A DNA stretch of 64,000 nucleotides, taken from the NCBI RefSeq assembly GCF_009914755.1, contig NC_060930.1; one strand, 5' to 3'. Below the pieces are notes generated by a model. It saw nothing but the letters and a program-made list of their open reading frames with translations. It ran no database searches and had not been told where the DNA came from. Positions 14,385-32,187 of the stretch are shown one piece after another; position 1 is the first letter of the stretch; every line of letters starts with the position of its first letter. The stretch comes from the human T2T-CHM13v2.0 reference genome, Homo sapiens. The translations under genes were made by a program, and so were the position numbers.

Positions 14385-14915
14385 TGTATTTACAGTTATG
14401 GAACAATCAACACTAATTTTAAAACAGTTTCAGTGCCCCAAAAATAAATGAAGTCCCACTAGAAGTTACTCCTTATTCTTCCCCACTTCCCCTACACTAA
14501 CATTGATCTACTTTGTCTTTCTAAACAGTGGCCTATTCTAGATATTTCATGCAAATGAAATTAGACAATATGTGGTCTTTTATGCCTGACATCTTTCATT
14601 TATATAGTATGTTTTAGAGATTCACTCATATTGTAGTTAGTATCAATACTTTATTATTTTCATTTTTGATTATATTCCATCGTATGGATATAACAAACTT
14701 TGTTCATTCATTCATTTTAGACAATTGGATAGTTTCCACTATTTGGCCATTATGAAAAATGGTACTCTGAATATTTGTGTGGGGGTTTGATATGTATATA
14801 TTTGTGTTTATTGCTTTTGGATAGATACTTAAGACTGGAATCATTGAGACATATAATAATTTAATTTTTAACATTTTGAGAAACTGTCAAACTATTTTAC
14901 AAAGTGACTGTCCAT
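14385..14915 (-). mobile_element. L1MB-type 3' fragment
   Basis: GATCTACTTTGTCTTTCT..GCCTATTCTAGATATTTCAT..AATATGTGGTCTTTT..TTTGAGAAACTGTCAAACT, the typical antisense L1MB 3' region. Confidence 0.75.
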
Positions 14916-14939
14916 TTCCAAAAGAGGAGAAAAGTGAAA

Positions 14940-16330
14940 AAATACGTTATTATGCTGTCTTTTATGGTTATCTCTTCCTACATGGTGTAGATTAGAATTA
15001 CTATTTGGGGTCACTTCCTTTCAGCTCAAAAAAAAATCCTTTGGAATTTCTAGTGATGTAGGTCTTCTTGCAAAAGTATGCACTGTGTTTGTTCTTCTAG
15101 AAATGATCTTATTTTTCCTTGATTTTGGAAGAAGAGTTTCGCTGGATAGAGGATTTTTGGTTGACTATTATTTTTCTTCCAATACTTTCAACACATAATC
15201 CATTGCCTTCTGGGCTCTATTGTTTCTCATGAGAAGTGATGAGAAAGAGCTTTTAATATTATCATGGTTCTCTTTTGGTTACTCTTTTATCTTGTTGCTT
15301 CTAAGATTTTTCTTTTATGTGGGAGGTTCCAACAATTTGACTATGATGCATCTGTATATGGATCGTTTCTTGATGATGCTTAGAGGGTTTTTTTAAACTG
15401 TTTTAAATGTGTAGAAATTTTTAAAGCAAATTTGGGATGTTTTGGGCATTTTTCATGAAATGTTTTTTCTTCCCCATTCTCTCTCCTCTCTGTATGGTGT
15501 GACCATTAAGTACATATTGATGCATTTCATGCTGTGCTACATTTGTCCTGGGCTTTGTTCAGTTATCTTTCTTTTTCAGATTGTATAATTTTTACCGATA
15601 TTTCTTCAAGGTCACTGATTATTTCATCTACCAGCTCCACATCTACCTTTGAGGCTCTGCAGTGAAATTTTCACTTCACTTATTATACTTTTCAAATACA
15701 GAGTTTTTGTTTGTAGTTTTAAATTTCTTTCTCTTTATTGATATTCTCTATTTGGTAAGACTTTCCTTTAATTATTTAAAAATAGTTTACTTTGTTTATA
15801 TGGCAATGAATGATAACTTCTGTGAAATCTTTTTCTGCTAAGTTTAACTTCTGAACTCCCTCAAAAAGCAGTACCTATTCCTTGCTTCTTTCCCGTATAT
15901 GGGTCATACTTTCTCTTTTCTGGCATGTCACATTTTTTTTTTTAACTGAACATAGTATAAAATACATTGTAGCAACTCTGAACTCTGACTCCTCACTCCT
16001 CAGGTTTTGCTGTTACTGGTCATTTTGTTCCGTTGTGTATTTGTTCAATGACTTGGAAGGACTGAATTCTGTGATATCTATATTCCCCACAGTGTGCAAG
16101 CTCTGATGCCCATGCTTTATTTTCCTTTGTTTTCATTTTTAACCTGGGCTTCTTAGAATTCATCACGAGATCAACATAGCTTAATAATCAACCACTTGTC
16201 TTTCACATACTGTTCGTAAGCACCTAAGCCAATACATTTTTCACACTTTTTCCACTGAGTCTCTGTGTGAACTGGGGACTGATTTCAAATTTTAAGGAGT
16301 TTACAAGTCTGTTCCATGTTCATCCAGAGA
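14940..16330 (-). mobile_element. Ancient L1M ORF1/5' region
   Basis: T-rich; GTTTCGCTGGATAGAGGATTTTTGGTTGAC, CATTGCCTTCTGGGCTCTATTGTTTCTCATGAGAAGT and AATTTGACTATGATG are typical antisense ORF1 relics. Confidence 0.7.
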
Positions 16331-16884
16331 TGAGTAGCTTGGATGTACTTTCATTATGCACTTCTAGAATGGTGCAGGAAATTTTAGAAAGTATAATAAT
16401 CAAGTTAAAGATTTTAAATTCATTTACCTACAGTCACACATGCCTAAACACCACTTAGAAAATATCCCCATATTAATGGAATATTTTAAACTCATTTTGG
16501 ACACCGATTATTTAGGGAATGTAGAGAAATCTAGTATCATGCATAATTTTACAAAAATTATAACATTTTCATAACACTAATTTTTTAATTGGAATTTTCT
16601 GTTTAATAAATCACTTTTAGAAATGCATCCATCAGAAATGACAAATGAACAAAAGAAAGGGGAAACAAACAAGAAGATATATTATAAAATTATTTATAAT
16701 ATATACAAATAGGTGATTGGAAAATTCAATCAAGTTAGTTTTGCCAGTGAACATTGTCTTCAAAAGTCTGCAAATTGATTGAGACTGGAATCTGGCTACT
16801 TCTCATCCTTAGTTGATGGAATAGGAAACTGTGAGTTTTTTCCGTTCAAATAATTATCTGGAGAGTCATCTAAGCTCTGTAGGT

Positions 16885-17410
16885 ATCCGTACTGCAGTTT
16901 GATCCTTTTTATTGCTGAGCCGTATTCTATGGTATGACTGTACCACCATTTGTTTAATCAATTACCTTGTGAAAACATCTGAGTTGTTATTGATTTGGAC
17001 TATTAAGAGATAAAGTTGCTGTAGATATGTGTCTATAAGATTTTGTGTCAGTGAAACTTTTTATTTTTGTGTGATCAATGCCTAGCAACACAATTTCTTG
17101 GTCTTATATTAATTGAATATTTAGTTTTATAAGAAACCACCACACTATTTTCTCAAGTGGCTTATCATTTTACATTTACACAAATAATGAATAAATGACC
17201 TAGTTTTTCTGCATCTTTACCAGCAGTTGGTCTTGTTGCTATTTCTGCTTTTAAACTTAGCCATCCAGATATAGCTATATCTTATTTTGGTTTAAATTTG
17301 CACTTATCTAATGGCTAAAAATGTTGAACATATTTTTATGTGCTTATTTGCCATTTAGCACAATTTATGTGCTCATTTGGTGAAACGTTTCTTCATGTAT
17401 TTTTCACCAT
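16885..17410 (-). mobile_element. L1MC-type ORF2-end fragment
   Basis: CCTTTTTATTGCTGAG..GTACCACCATTTGTTTAATC..TTTAGTTTTATAAGAAAC..AATTTGCACTTATCTAATGGCTAAAAATGTTGAACAT. Confidence 0.75.
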
Positions 17411-18135
17411 TTTCTTTGCTTCTTTATAAAGTAATAAGAATTTATGTTTAAATCATATGAAACCTTTATCGAGACTTCCAAAAGCTTTACATGTAGTCAA
17501 AGATGGTATCATTATTCAGGTTACTTTTATATGCCTTTGTGAAAAATGTTTTCAAGGACAGTTTACAAGATATATTAGAAATCAGTCTTGTTATGATACA
17601 TTCGCACGTCATTTTTACATTGAAAACAGTGTCACAACAACTTATTTATTGATTTGAATGTAAATAACTTATTCATTTCACCTGGTACCAAATAACTCCA
17701 CACAATTTCTGCACAAATCTACTTTCAAAGCGAAAAGATTCATTATTATGAAGAACATTCAGAGATTGCCCTATGACAGGTTATTGAAGAAAGATACCAG
17801 AGGAGAATTTTTAAACGTTCTAAGCCATAGCAGAAATCTTTCAAAAGTGAATTTTATATTTTATACTGATAAATTTTATATTCTGGTATATCTGTTTTAT
17901 TTATTTTTATTTTTATTTATGTATTTATTTAGTTTTGTACTTCATGGTTATTTTTATTGACACAACAGAACCTCAACTTCCACTGCTTGGTTAGGCAGCC
18001 ATTTTTTAAAAAGCAGTTAAGAAATAATAATTAAAAGAACTAAAATAATTATGTGCATAAAATATGCTGTCTATGCATTTAAATACATGCAGGATTGTCC
18101 TCTTTTGTGATCCATTTCAAATCCCAAATGTCTCA

Positions 18136-19446
18136 TTTTATTTATTTATTTGTTTATTTATTTTTATTTTATGATTTTTTAAAATTTTTTTATTTTTTTT
18201 CTCTTTATTTCTTCTAAAAACAAAATCCAGGATACATGTGCAGAATGTGCAGGTTTGTTACACAGGTATACATGTGCCATGGTGATTTGCTGTACCTACT
18301 GACTCATCCTCTAAGTTCCCTCCCTTCATCACCCTATGTCCCAATAGGCCCTGGTGTGTGTTGTTCCCCTCTCTGTGTCCATGTGTTCTCATTGTTCAAC
18401 TCCCTTATGTGAGTGAGAACATACAGTGTTTGGTTTTCTGTTCCTGTGCTAGTTTTCTGAGAATAATGGCTTCCAGGTTCATCTATGTCCCTGAAAGGAT
18501 ATGATCTCATTCCTTTTCATGGCTGCATAGTATTCCATCACATATATGTTCCACATTTTCTTTATCCAGTCTATGATTGATGGGCATTTGGGTTGGTTTC
18601 ATGTCTGTGCTATTGCAAATAGTGCTGCAATAAACATACATGTGCATGTGTCTTCATAGTAGAATGATTTATATTCTTTTGGGTATATACCCAGTAATGG
18701 GATTGCTGAGTCAAATGATATTTCTGGTTCTAGATCCTTGATGAATCCCCATACTGTCTTCCACCAACAGTGTAAAAGCATTCCTATTTCTCCACAGTCT
18801 CACCAGCATCTATTGTTTCCTGACATTTTAATAATCACCCTTCTAACTGGCATGAGATGGTATCTCATTGTGGTTTTCATTTGCATTTCTCTGATGATCA
18901 GTGATGTTGAGCTTTTTTTCATATGTTTCTTGACCATGTAAATGTCTTTTTTGAGCAGTGTTTGCTCATATCCTTTGCCCATTTTTTGATGAAGTTGTTT
19001 GATTTTTTTTCTTGTAAATATGCTTAAGTTCCTTGTAAATTCTGGATATTAGACCTTTGACAGAGGGGTAGGTTACAAAAATTTTCTCCCATTCTCTAGG
19101 TTGCCTGCTCACTCTGATGATAGTTTCTTTGGCTGTGCAGAAGCTCCTTAATTAGATCCCATTTGTCAATTTTGGCTTCTGTTGTAATTGCTTTTGGCAT
19201 TTTTGTCATGAAGTCTTTGCTGATGCCTAAGTCTTGAATGATATTGCCTAGGTTTTCTTCTAGGGCCTTTCTGGCTTTGTGTTTTATATTTAAATCTTTA
19301 ATCCATCTTGAGTTAATTTTTATATAAGGTGTAAGGAAGGGGTCCAGTTTCAGTTTTCTGTATATGGCTAGCTAGTTTTCCCAGCACCATTTACCGAACA
19401 GGAGATCCTTTTCCCATTGCTTGTTTTTGTTAGGTTTGTCAAAGAT
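18136..19446 (-). mobile_element. 5'-truncated L1PA (L1PA8-10-like), ~1.3 kb
   Basis: (TTTA)-degenerate tail, TTCTTCTAAAAA..GGATACATGTGCAGAATGTGCAGG 3' end, and ORF2 remnants in ORFs 18599-18781 and 18800-18982. Confidence 0.93.
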
Positions 19447-19828
19447 AATATTTAGTGTGCCTATTATGGCTATGTCATGCACTTTTGAAACAAGCAAGAA
19501 ACAAGACAGCTGTGATGTCATTTTGTTTTCTATGTTTTTCACCTTATTGTTTTCTTTTGTCTTCATTGCTGAGAATTGCTTAAGCATGTTTTACCATTCC
19601 ATTTTGAAATATGTATTGTGTTTATGTGTGTATAGCAGTATTATTTTTATAGTGATTGATCTCTGTATTAAATTGTGTATTTATATAACTATGTATATAT
19701 ATATATATAAAAAACTGTGTACACACACACACACACAAACACCAACACCCTATCATCATCTACTAGTGTCATCATTTTATCTGTTCAAGTGAATTGTAAA
19801 ATGTTACTTCCTTTTAAATATCTATGCA

Positions 19829-24008
<4,180 letters not shown>

Positions 24009-25161
24009 TCTATGCATTTCACCATTTGTAAAATAAATTATATTAAATATTTCCTTTATATACATTTAAACCACATCAGATGGTGTTATAATGTTTGCCT
24101 CACCATCAAATATAATTTAGAAACCTCAAGAGAGGAAGGAACATTCATTGTATTTATCCATACTTGCATTTATAGTTGACTTTTAAACAACACAAAGGTT
24201 GGGGTGTCACTCCTCTGCATGGATCACATATAACTTTAGAATCCTTAAAAACTTAACTGTTAATAGCCTGCTGTTGACCAGAGCCTTGTGGATAGCATAG
24301 TCCATTAACATATATTTTGTATATTATATCTATAAAGTATTCTTACAGTAAGGTAAGCTACAGAAAAGAAAATGTTCTCAAGAAAATCATAAAGAAGAAA
24401 AAAATATATTTTCTATCCTTAAGTGAGGATCATCACAAAGCTCTTCACCCTCACCATCTTCATGTTGTGTATGTGGAGAAGGAAGAGGGGGATTTTGTCT
24501 TGCTGTCTTAGCTGTGGCAGAGGCAGAAGAGAACAAAGAGGTGGAAGAGAATTCAGGAGGGGCAGGCCCACTCAATGTAACTTTATAGAGATGTACCATT
24601 ATTTCTGTCTGACATTTTTGCTTGTTAATTTCTTTAAAAATGTTTATATATGATAACAATCTGTCTTCTATTATTTGCTTTAGTTTCAGTCCCCATATCA
24701 TCGAAGAGCCCATGCATGAAATAAGTTACAAACAGTCCTGGATAATAGGAGACCTTCTGCCAGATTATCTAATGACAAATTGTTTCCTGTCACTACTTTT
24801 TGATACAGCTGCTTCTTTATTGTCTGGCACTGGTTTGGAAACACACATCTCAATCATTCGTCTTCTGTTACTTCCTCTGATGTTGGACTAGTAGCCTTGA
24901 ATGTATCCAAGATACATTTCACCCCCTCTCACTTTATCACTATATCTACAATCTCTTCAAAGATTTCTTTGGTTGACTCCATTACAAATCTGTGAAGTCA
25001 TGCACAACATGTAGACAAAGTTTTTACTAACAGGAATATATTATTTTCAGCTTCATGGCTTTCTTGGTGTTTTCTATAACAATGATGGCATCTTCAATGG
25101 TTTAATCCTTCCTTTATGATATTTACTCTATCAGGGTTCTCTTTCATATTGCTGACAATTC

Positions 25162-25467
<306 letters not shown>

Positions 25468-26008
25468 TTCCAACAATTGTTTCCATAGACTACCATGTGT
25501 AATGAGCTTTAAAGGTCCTTATAACCCCCTGATCTAGAGGCTGAATTAGAAATGCTATGTTTGGGGGCAATTAGACCACTTCAATAACTTTTATTTTGAA
25601 CTCATGGGGTTCTGAGTGACCAGGGCCATTGTCCATATCAAAAACAAATTTAGAAAACAGTTTCTTACCGGCAAGGTACTTCTGGACTTCAGGGACAAAA
25701 CACCAATGAAATCAATCCAGAAAAAGTGTTCTTGTTGTCCAAGCCTTCTTCTCATACAATACAATGACTGGAAGCTGGTGTTTATATTTTCCCTTCAAGG
25801 CTCAGGGGTTAACAACTTTACAGATAAGGACAGTTCTTACCATAAACCCAAGTGCATTTTCACAAAACAAGTATTGTTAGCATATCCCTTCCTACCTTAA
25901 ATCCTTGTGCTTGCTTCTCTTTCTTAGCAATAGATGTCCTTTGTGGCATTTTTTTTTTCCAAAATAAGGCACTTTCATCTGCATTAATAACCCGTTCAAG
26001 TAGGTATC

Positions 26009-26566
26009 TGTCTTATTAGTCAGGGTTCTCCAGAGGGACAGAACTAATAGGATTAATGTAAATATGAAAGGGAGTTTATTAAGGAGAATTGACACTCAAT
26101 CACAAGATGAAGTCCCATGATAGGTTGTCTGCAAGCTGAGTAGGAAGGAAGCCAGTAGTGACTTAGTCTGAGTACAAAAGCCTCAAAAGTAAGCAAGCTA
26201 ACAGTGCAGCCTTCAGTCTGTGGCCAAAGGCCTGAGAGCCTCCAGCAAACCACTGATTTAAGTCCAAGAGCCCAAAGGCCAAAGAACCTAGAGTCTGACG
26301 TCCAAAGGCAGGAAGCGTCCAGCACGGAAGAAAGAAGAGTCAGCAAGCCAGTTTATCCCACCTTCTTCCACCTTCTTCCAGCTGCACTGGCAGCTGATTG
26401 GATGGTGCCCACCCACATTGAGGGTGGGTCTTCCTCTCCCAGTCCACTGACTCAAATGTTAATCTCCTCTGGCAACACCCTCACAGACACACTCAGAAAC
26501 AATACTCCACCAGCTCTCTAGGCATTCTTCAATCCAATCAAGTTGATACCTAATATTAACCTCACA
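26009..26566 (-). mobile_element. HERV-L solo LTR, MLT2A (A2-like), nested in Tigger2
   Basis: TATTAGTCAGGGTTCTCCAGAGGGACAGAACTAATAGGA..CTTCAATCCAATCAAGTTGA..TAATATTAACCTCACA; near-matching 5-bp TSD GTATC/GGATC. Confidence 0.9.
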
Positions 26567-29388
26567 GGATCCTGTAGCCTCAGGGATTTTCTTAACGGTG
26601 TCTGTGAACTCACTGCTGCCTCTTGGTTGACAGAAGGGACTTTTCCTGTTTTGTTGATATTTTATTAAGCCAAACTTCTTTCTGAAATTATCAAACCGTC
26701 TTTTGCTAGCATTAAATTCTCCAGCTTAGCTCCTTCATCTTTCTTTTGCTTTGTTATATAATTACTTTACTTTTTATTTAATTATATTAGAGTCTATGTA
26801 TGCCTTTCATAGAGCAATCTGCACATCATAAAAGCTGCACTTTCAGTACGAGATAGACAAAAAGGTATTACACAAAAAGTCCAGAGTTTTTCCACCTGCT
26901 GGCATAGCTTCAGTGATGGCTTCACAAATTTCCTTTTCTTTTCTCACAGTGGTCCCTGGGCTGGATTCATTTATCTTGAAATGGTAAGCAACTGCAGCTG
27001 AAGACCTCAATCTATGATACACACCAAGCAATTCAACTATTTCTTGTAATGTCTTGACTTTGGTCTGCTTATTGGGAGCACCCCAAGCATCACTAATTGC
27101 ACTTCATATAGGGCCCCCCGGTATTCTTCAAAGTTTATGCTATTGAACTAAATATAATGAGAAATGAGAGAGAATCATGAGATATCACTTTTTATTGCAA
27201 TATGAAATTTATTAGAGAGAAGAAATGTTCACAGGGAGATGATTAGTGTCATGTAACATTTAAACAAATATTCACAACATGCTTGAGCTCATTGCAATAG
27301 CAACATGAAGTCACAACAAAATTATTATAGTAGTACAGTATGAACTACAGTTAACTTTTATAGTTTTCATTTAATATCCCATATTTACATTTGGTTGCAT
27401 TTATCTTATCTGTTAATGGAATCATGTATGTTTTGTAAGCGTTTGTGTACATAATCTTTGAAAAGTTTTTTCTTCATGTAACAGATTTGTGTATATTTCA
27501 TGGTAAGAAATGACAAAATAGACTGGTATCTACATATATTTTATGCATCATGACACAACTTTTTTCTTAATTTTTCATACTTTTTGGCTACATGGTTTGT
27601 GAGTTTTTAAAAATTGTTTCAAATCTCAAAAAGAATTTATTTACTGAAAAAAAATATATGTGTATAAGCAAACCCACGCCATGTTGTTCAATGGTCAACT
27701 ATACTGTGTTCTTTCTTCTTCCTTTATATTCTAAGTTTTCTTTCTGTTTGGAGAACTTTTTTTAGATATTCTTTTGGTTACATAATTTGCAACCATTTAT
27801 TAGTTTTTCTTGATCTGAGCATATCTTGATACTCCCTTCATTTTAAGGGATATTTTGCTGGGTGTAAGATTCTGGGTTCACAGTCTTTTCTTTCGGTCAT
27901 TGAAAATGACTGCCTCTCCTTTTTAGATCCCATGGTTTCTGATAAGAAATGCAATCATTCTAATTATTTCCCTCTTATATGTAAGGTATCCTTACTCTCT
28001 CACTGCTCTCGAAAATTTCCTTTAGAGTTCAGTTTTGAGAACTTTGACTATAATTTATCTTAGTGCAAGTTTTGTTGAGATTTACTAGACATCTGGAAAC
28101 TATTGATATATGTCTTTTGTCAAAAGTGGAAAGTTTTCAGACATTATTTTCTCATGTGCTCTGTCAGCTCTACTTTCCTCTTTGCCATCCATAACTCTGG
28201 TTACGTGAATGTTGGATCTTTGGTTACAATCTCACAGGTCTCTGAACATTTTTCTTTCAGTTATTCTATCTCTGTTTTCAGGTTTGCTAATTTCTATTGC
28301 TCTTTCATCTCATTCTTTCTTTTCCGTGTCACATTAATTTTGTTATTGAGCTCGTCCATTGAGCTTTATTTATTTATTATATTTTTCAGTTTCAAAATTT
28401 GTATTTAGTTCTTCCTTATATTCTCTATTTCTTTGCTTAAACTTTCTCTTTTTTGTTGAGTCTTTTTATTAGTTTGTGTCAAGAATATCTATGAAATCTC
28501 ATTGAAACGTTGTTATGGCTACTTTAAATCTTTGTTATATAATTCTAATATCTCTGTATCCTCCATGTTATCATCTATTGATTATATGTTTTGAATTCAG
28601 CTTGAGACCTTCTTTATTCTTGGTATTATGATTCTTTTTTTTTTACTTAAAAGCTGGACATTGTGAATATTATGTTATGCAACTGAAATCATTTTTAAAC
28701 CTTCTGATTCATCTGTCTTGGCAGAAAAAAATGGAGGCCACCTCCTTACTTCTAGATGATGATGAAAGTCCAAGCTTCTTATTGAGCCTTGTTAAAATCT
28801 GAGGGGGAATTTCCTTTTTACTACTGGGTGGAAATGGGACTTCCGGTTTCCTTCTAGGCCTCCCCTGATATCTTCCTGGCTCGGAGGGATTGCTGTGCCA
28901 AGTTATTGCTCCCCATGTGACCTGAACTGACATTGTGGCAGAGGTTGGCCTCATTAATGATGTACACAGTGAAAGTCCTTACTTTCCAGTAGTATTTTTC
29001 TGATACCACCTTAGCAGGGATAAAGACAGGAGCCTTAATTCTGCTGTATTGAGATGAGGTCCAGGCCAGAGATTACTCCTCAAAGACTAAGGCTAGAAGA
29101 TACCAGAAGACACTATTTATCCAGATATAAGTGTCTATTTTTTCTTAAGAGAGGAGAGCAAGTTTAAATATTAAATAATATAATATAAACATTTTTATTT
29201 CATTTCTATGAAAGCAGTTATATAAACATATTCACAGTGCTTGTTTCCTTGGATGGGTGGATGGCATTACCAGAAATATTAATTTAAGTGGAATTCTTTT
29301 CATATTTGATTTTTAATATACTAATGAACAGGTGCTCAATTTGTGTTCAGGAAAAAAAAACAAGCAGTGACAACCAAAATAAAATAAC

Positions 29389-29392
<4 letters not shown>

Positions 29393-29425
<33 letters not shown>
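29393..29425. repeat. (AC)16 microsatellite
   Basis: Direct reading. Confidence 0.95.
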
Positions 29426-29427
<2 letters not shown>

Positions 29428-29997
29428 TTTTTGAACGTCTTTTCCATAATTACTATAGAGAAAGAAAAAAATAAATTTTAAAGTTTGAATGTGAATATGC
29501 CTATTGTTCAGCAAGAATTAATTAATTTATAATTTAGGCAAATCTGACATCACTAGATTGCAATTTTATATCTGTTACTAAGCATAAAGAAAAATATTGT
29601 TATCTGAAAGGTTACTTTCTAAGTGATGCTGTCCCTGTTCAGTCTATTTAAAATCGTAGCATCTATGCATTTGTGTATTCCCACCCTCCTAACTTTTCCT
29701 CGTCATGAAAACTACATAACATTTTACTTATTTTTGCAATTATCTGTACTTCCTGACTCTAGTGTAACCTCCATGAAAGAGAAATGCAAATGAAGTGAAT
29801 AAACACTTAACAACAGCATTTAAAAATGTCTATTTTCAAACACACGATTTCATGTGAATGTGTTCTATTCTATAAATTAGGGGAAATAAATCTCTATTTG
29901 GCAAAATTATATTCTAATTTGGCTTTATTTTTATTTTATTTTATTTTATTTTATTTTAATGTTTATGTTGCTTTTCTATAATTATAATTGAATAGCC

Positions 29998-32187
29998 TGT
30001 ATTAGTCCATTCTCATGCTGCTATGAAGACATACCTGAGACTGGGTATTTTATAAAGAAAGGTGGTTTAATTTACTCACAGTTACACATGGCTAAGGAGG
30101 CCTCAGGAAACTTCCAATCAAGTCAGAAGGTGAAACAGGTATGTCTTACATGGCAGCAGGTGAGAGAAATGAGTGCCAAGTGAAGGGGGAAGCCCCTAAT
30201 AAAACCATCAGATCTCATGAGAACTCACTCACTATCACAAGAACAGCATGAGGTTACCCAACCCCATGATTAAATTACTTCCCACTGGTCCCTCCCACAA
30301 CATGTGGGGATTTATGGAACTATAGTTCAAGATGAGATTTGAGTGAGGACGCAGCCAAACCATATCATTCTGACTCCAGCTTCTCCCAAATCTCATGTCT
30401 TTACATTTCAAAACACAATCATGCCCTTCTAACAGTCCTCCAATAAATACACCCGTTACAAATGGGATAAATTGGCCAAAACAAAGGGGCTACAGGCCCC
30501 ATGCAAGTCTGGAATCCAATAGCGCAGTAATTAAACCTTAATTTTCTAAAATGATCTCCTTTGACTCCATGTCTCACATCCATATCACGCTGATGTAAGA
30601 GGTGGACTCTCACAGCCTTGGGCAACTCTGTCTCTGTGACTTTGCAGCATACAGCTTCCCCATCCTGGCTGGTTTCACAGGCTGGCATTGAGTGTCTGTG
30701 GCTTTTCCAGGTTCATGGTGCAAGCTGTTGGTGGACCTACCATTCTAGTGTCTGGATGATGGTGGCACTCTTCTCACAGCTCTACTAGACAGTGCCCCAG
30801 TGGGGACTCGGTGTGGGGGCTCTGATCCCACATTTCCCTTCTCCACTGCCCTAGCAGAGGTTGTTCATGAGGGCTCTGCCTGTGCAGCACACCTCTGACT
30901 GGACATCCAGGCATTTCCATCCATCCTCTGAAATCTAGGCAGAGGTTCTGAAAACTCAATTTTTGTCTTCTGTGCACCTGCAGGACCAACACCAATGTGG
31001 AAGCTGCCAAGGCTTGGGGCTTGGACCCTCTGAATCCATGGCCAGAGCTGTACCTTGGCTCCTTTTAGCCATAGCTGAGGTGGCTGGGACCCAGGGCACC
31101 AAATCCCTAGGCTTCACACAGCAAGGGGGCCCTGGATCCATCCCACAAAACCATTTTTTCTCCTAGGCCTCTGGGCCTGTGATGGGAGAGGCTGCCACAG
31201 ATGTCCTTGACAGGCCCTGGCAACATTTCCCCCATTGTCTTGGCTATTAACATCTGGCTCCTTGTTACTTATGCAAATTTTTACAGCTGACTTGAATTTC
31301 TCCCCAGAAAATGGGTTTTTCTTTTCTACTAAATCATGAGGCTGCAAATTTTCTAATATTTTGCTCTGTCACCTCTTGAATGCTTTCCTGCTTAGAAATT
31401 TTCCCACCAGATATTCTAAACCATCTCTCTCAAGTTCAAAGTTCCACAGATCTCTAGGGCAGGGCAAAATGTCACCAGTCTATTTGCATAGCCAGAGTGA
31501 CTTTTACTCCGTTTCCCAACAAGTTCCTCATCTCCATCTGAGACCACCTTACCCTGGACCTTACTGTCCATGTCACTATCAGCATTTTGGTCACAGCCAT
31601 TCAACAAGTCTCTAGGAAGTTTCTAACTTTCCCACATCTTTCTGTCTTCTGAGTCCTCCAAGTGTTTAGAAAGTTTCAAACTTTCCCACATTTTCTTGTC
31701 TTCATCTGAGCTCTCCAAACTGTTCCAACCTCTGCCTGTTTACCCAGTTCCAAAGTTGCTTCCACATTTTTGGGTATTTTCACAGTAGCACACAACTCTA
31801 CCAGTACCAATTTACTATGTTAGTTCATTCTCATGCTTCTAAAAAAGACATACCCTAAATGGGATAATTTATTTTAAAAAGAGTTTTAATTGACTCACAA
31901 TTCAGCATGGCTGGGGAAACCTCAGGAAACTTACAATCATGGAGGAAGAAAAAGCAAACACATCCTTCTTCACATGGCAGCAGGAAGGGGAGGTGCAGAA
32001 CGAAGTGGAGGAAAAGCTTCTTATAAAACCATCAGATCTTGTGAGAACTCACTCACTGTCATGAGAACAGCATGGAGGTAGCCACCCCCATGATTTGATT
32101 ACCTCCCACCAGGTCCCTTCCATGACACGTGGGTATTATGAGAACTACAAGATGCAATTTGGGTGGGGATACAGCCAAACCATATCA
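29998..32187 (-). mobile_element. THE1D-like MaLR provirus: LTR 29998-30367, internal region 30368-31815, LTR 31816-32187
   Basis: Two LTRs ending CAGCCAAACCATATCA with ATAAAACCATCAGATCT..GAGAACTCACTCACT; THE1-int between them; perfect 5-bp TSD TAGCC (29993-29997 / 32188-32192). Confidence 0.95.

Noticed and set aside
31604-31720. ~55-bp tandem duplication in THE1-int
   Set aside because: I recall this duplication as a common feature of THE1D internal sequences, so it is probably not locus-specific.
30419-32081. Cluster of 60-90-aa ORFs
   Set aside because: Chance ORFs in the more GC-rich THE1 internal region and LTR.
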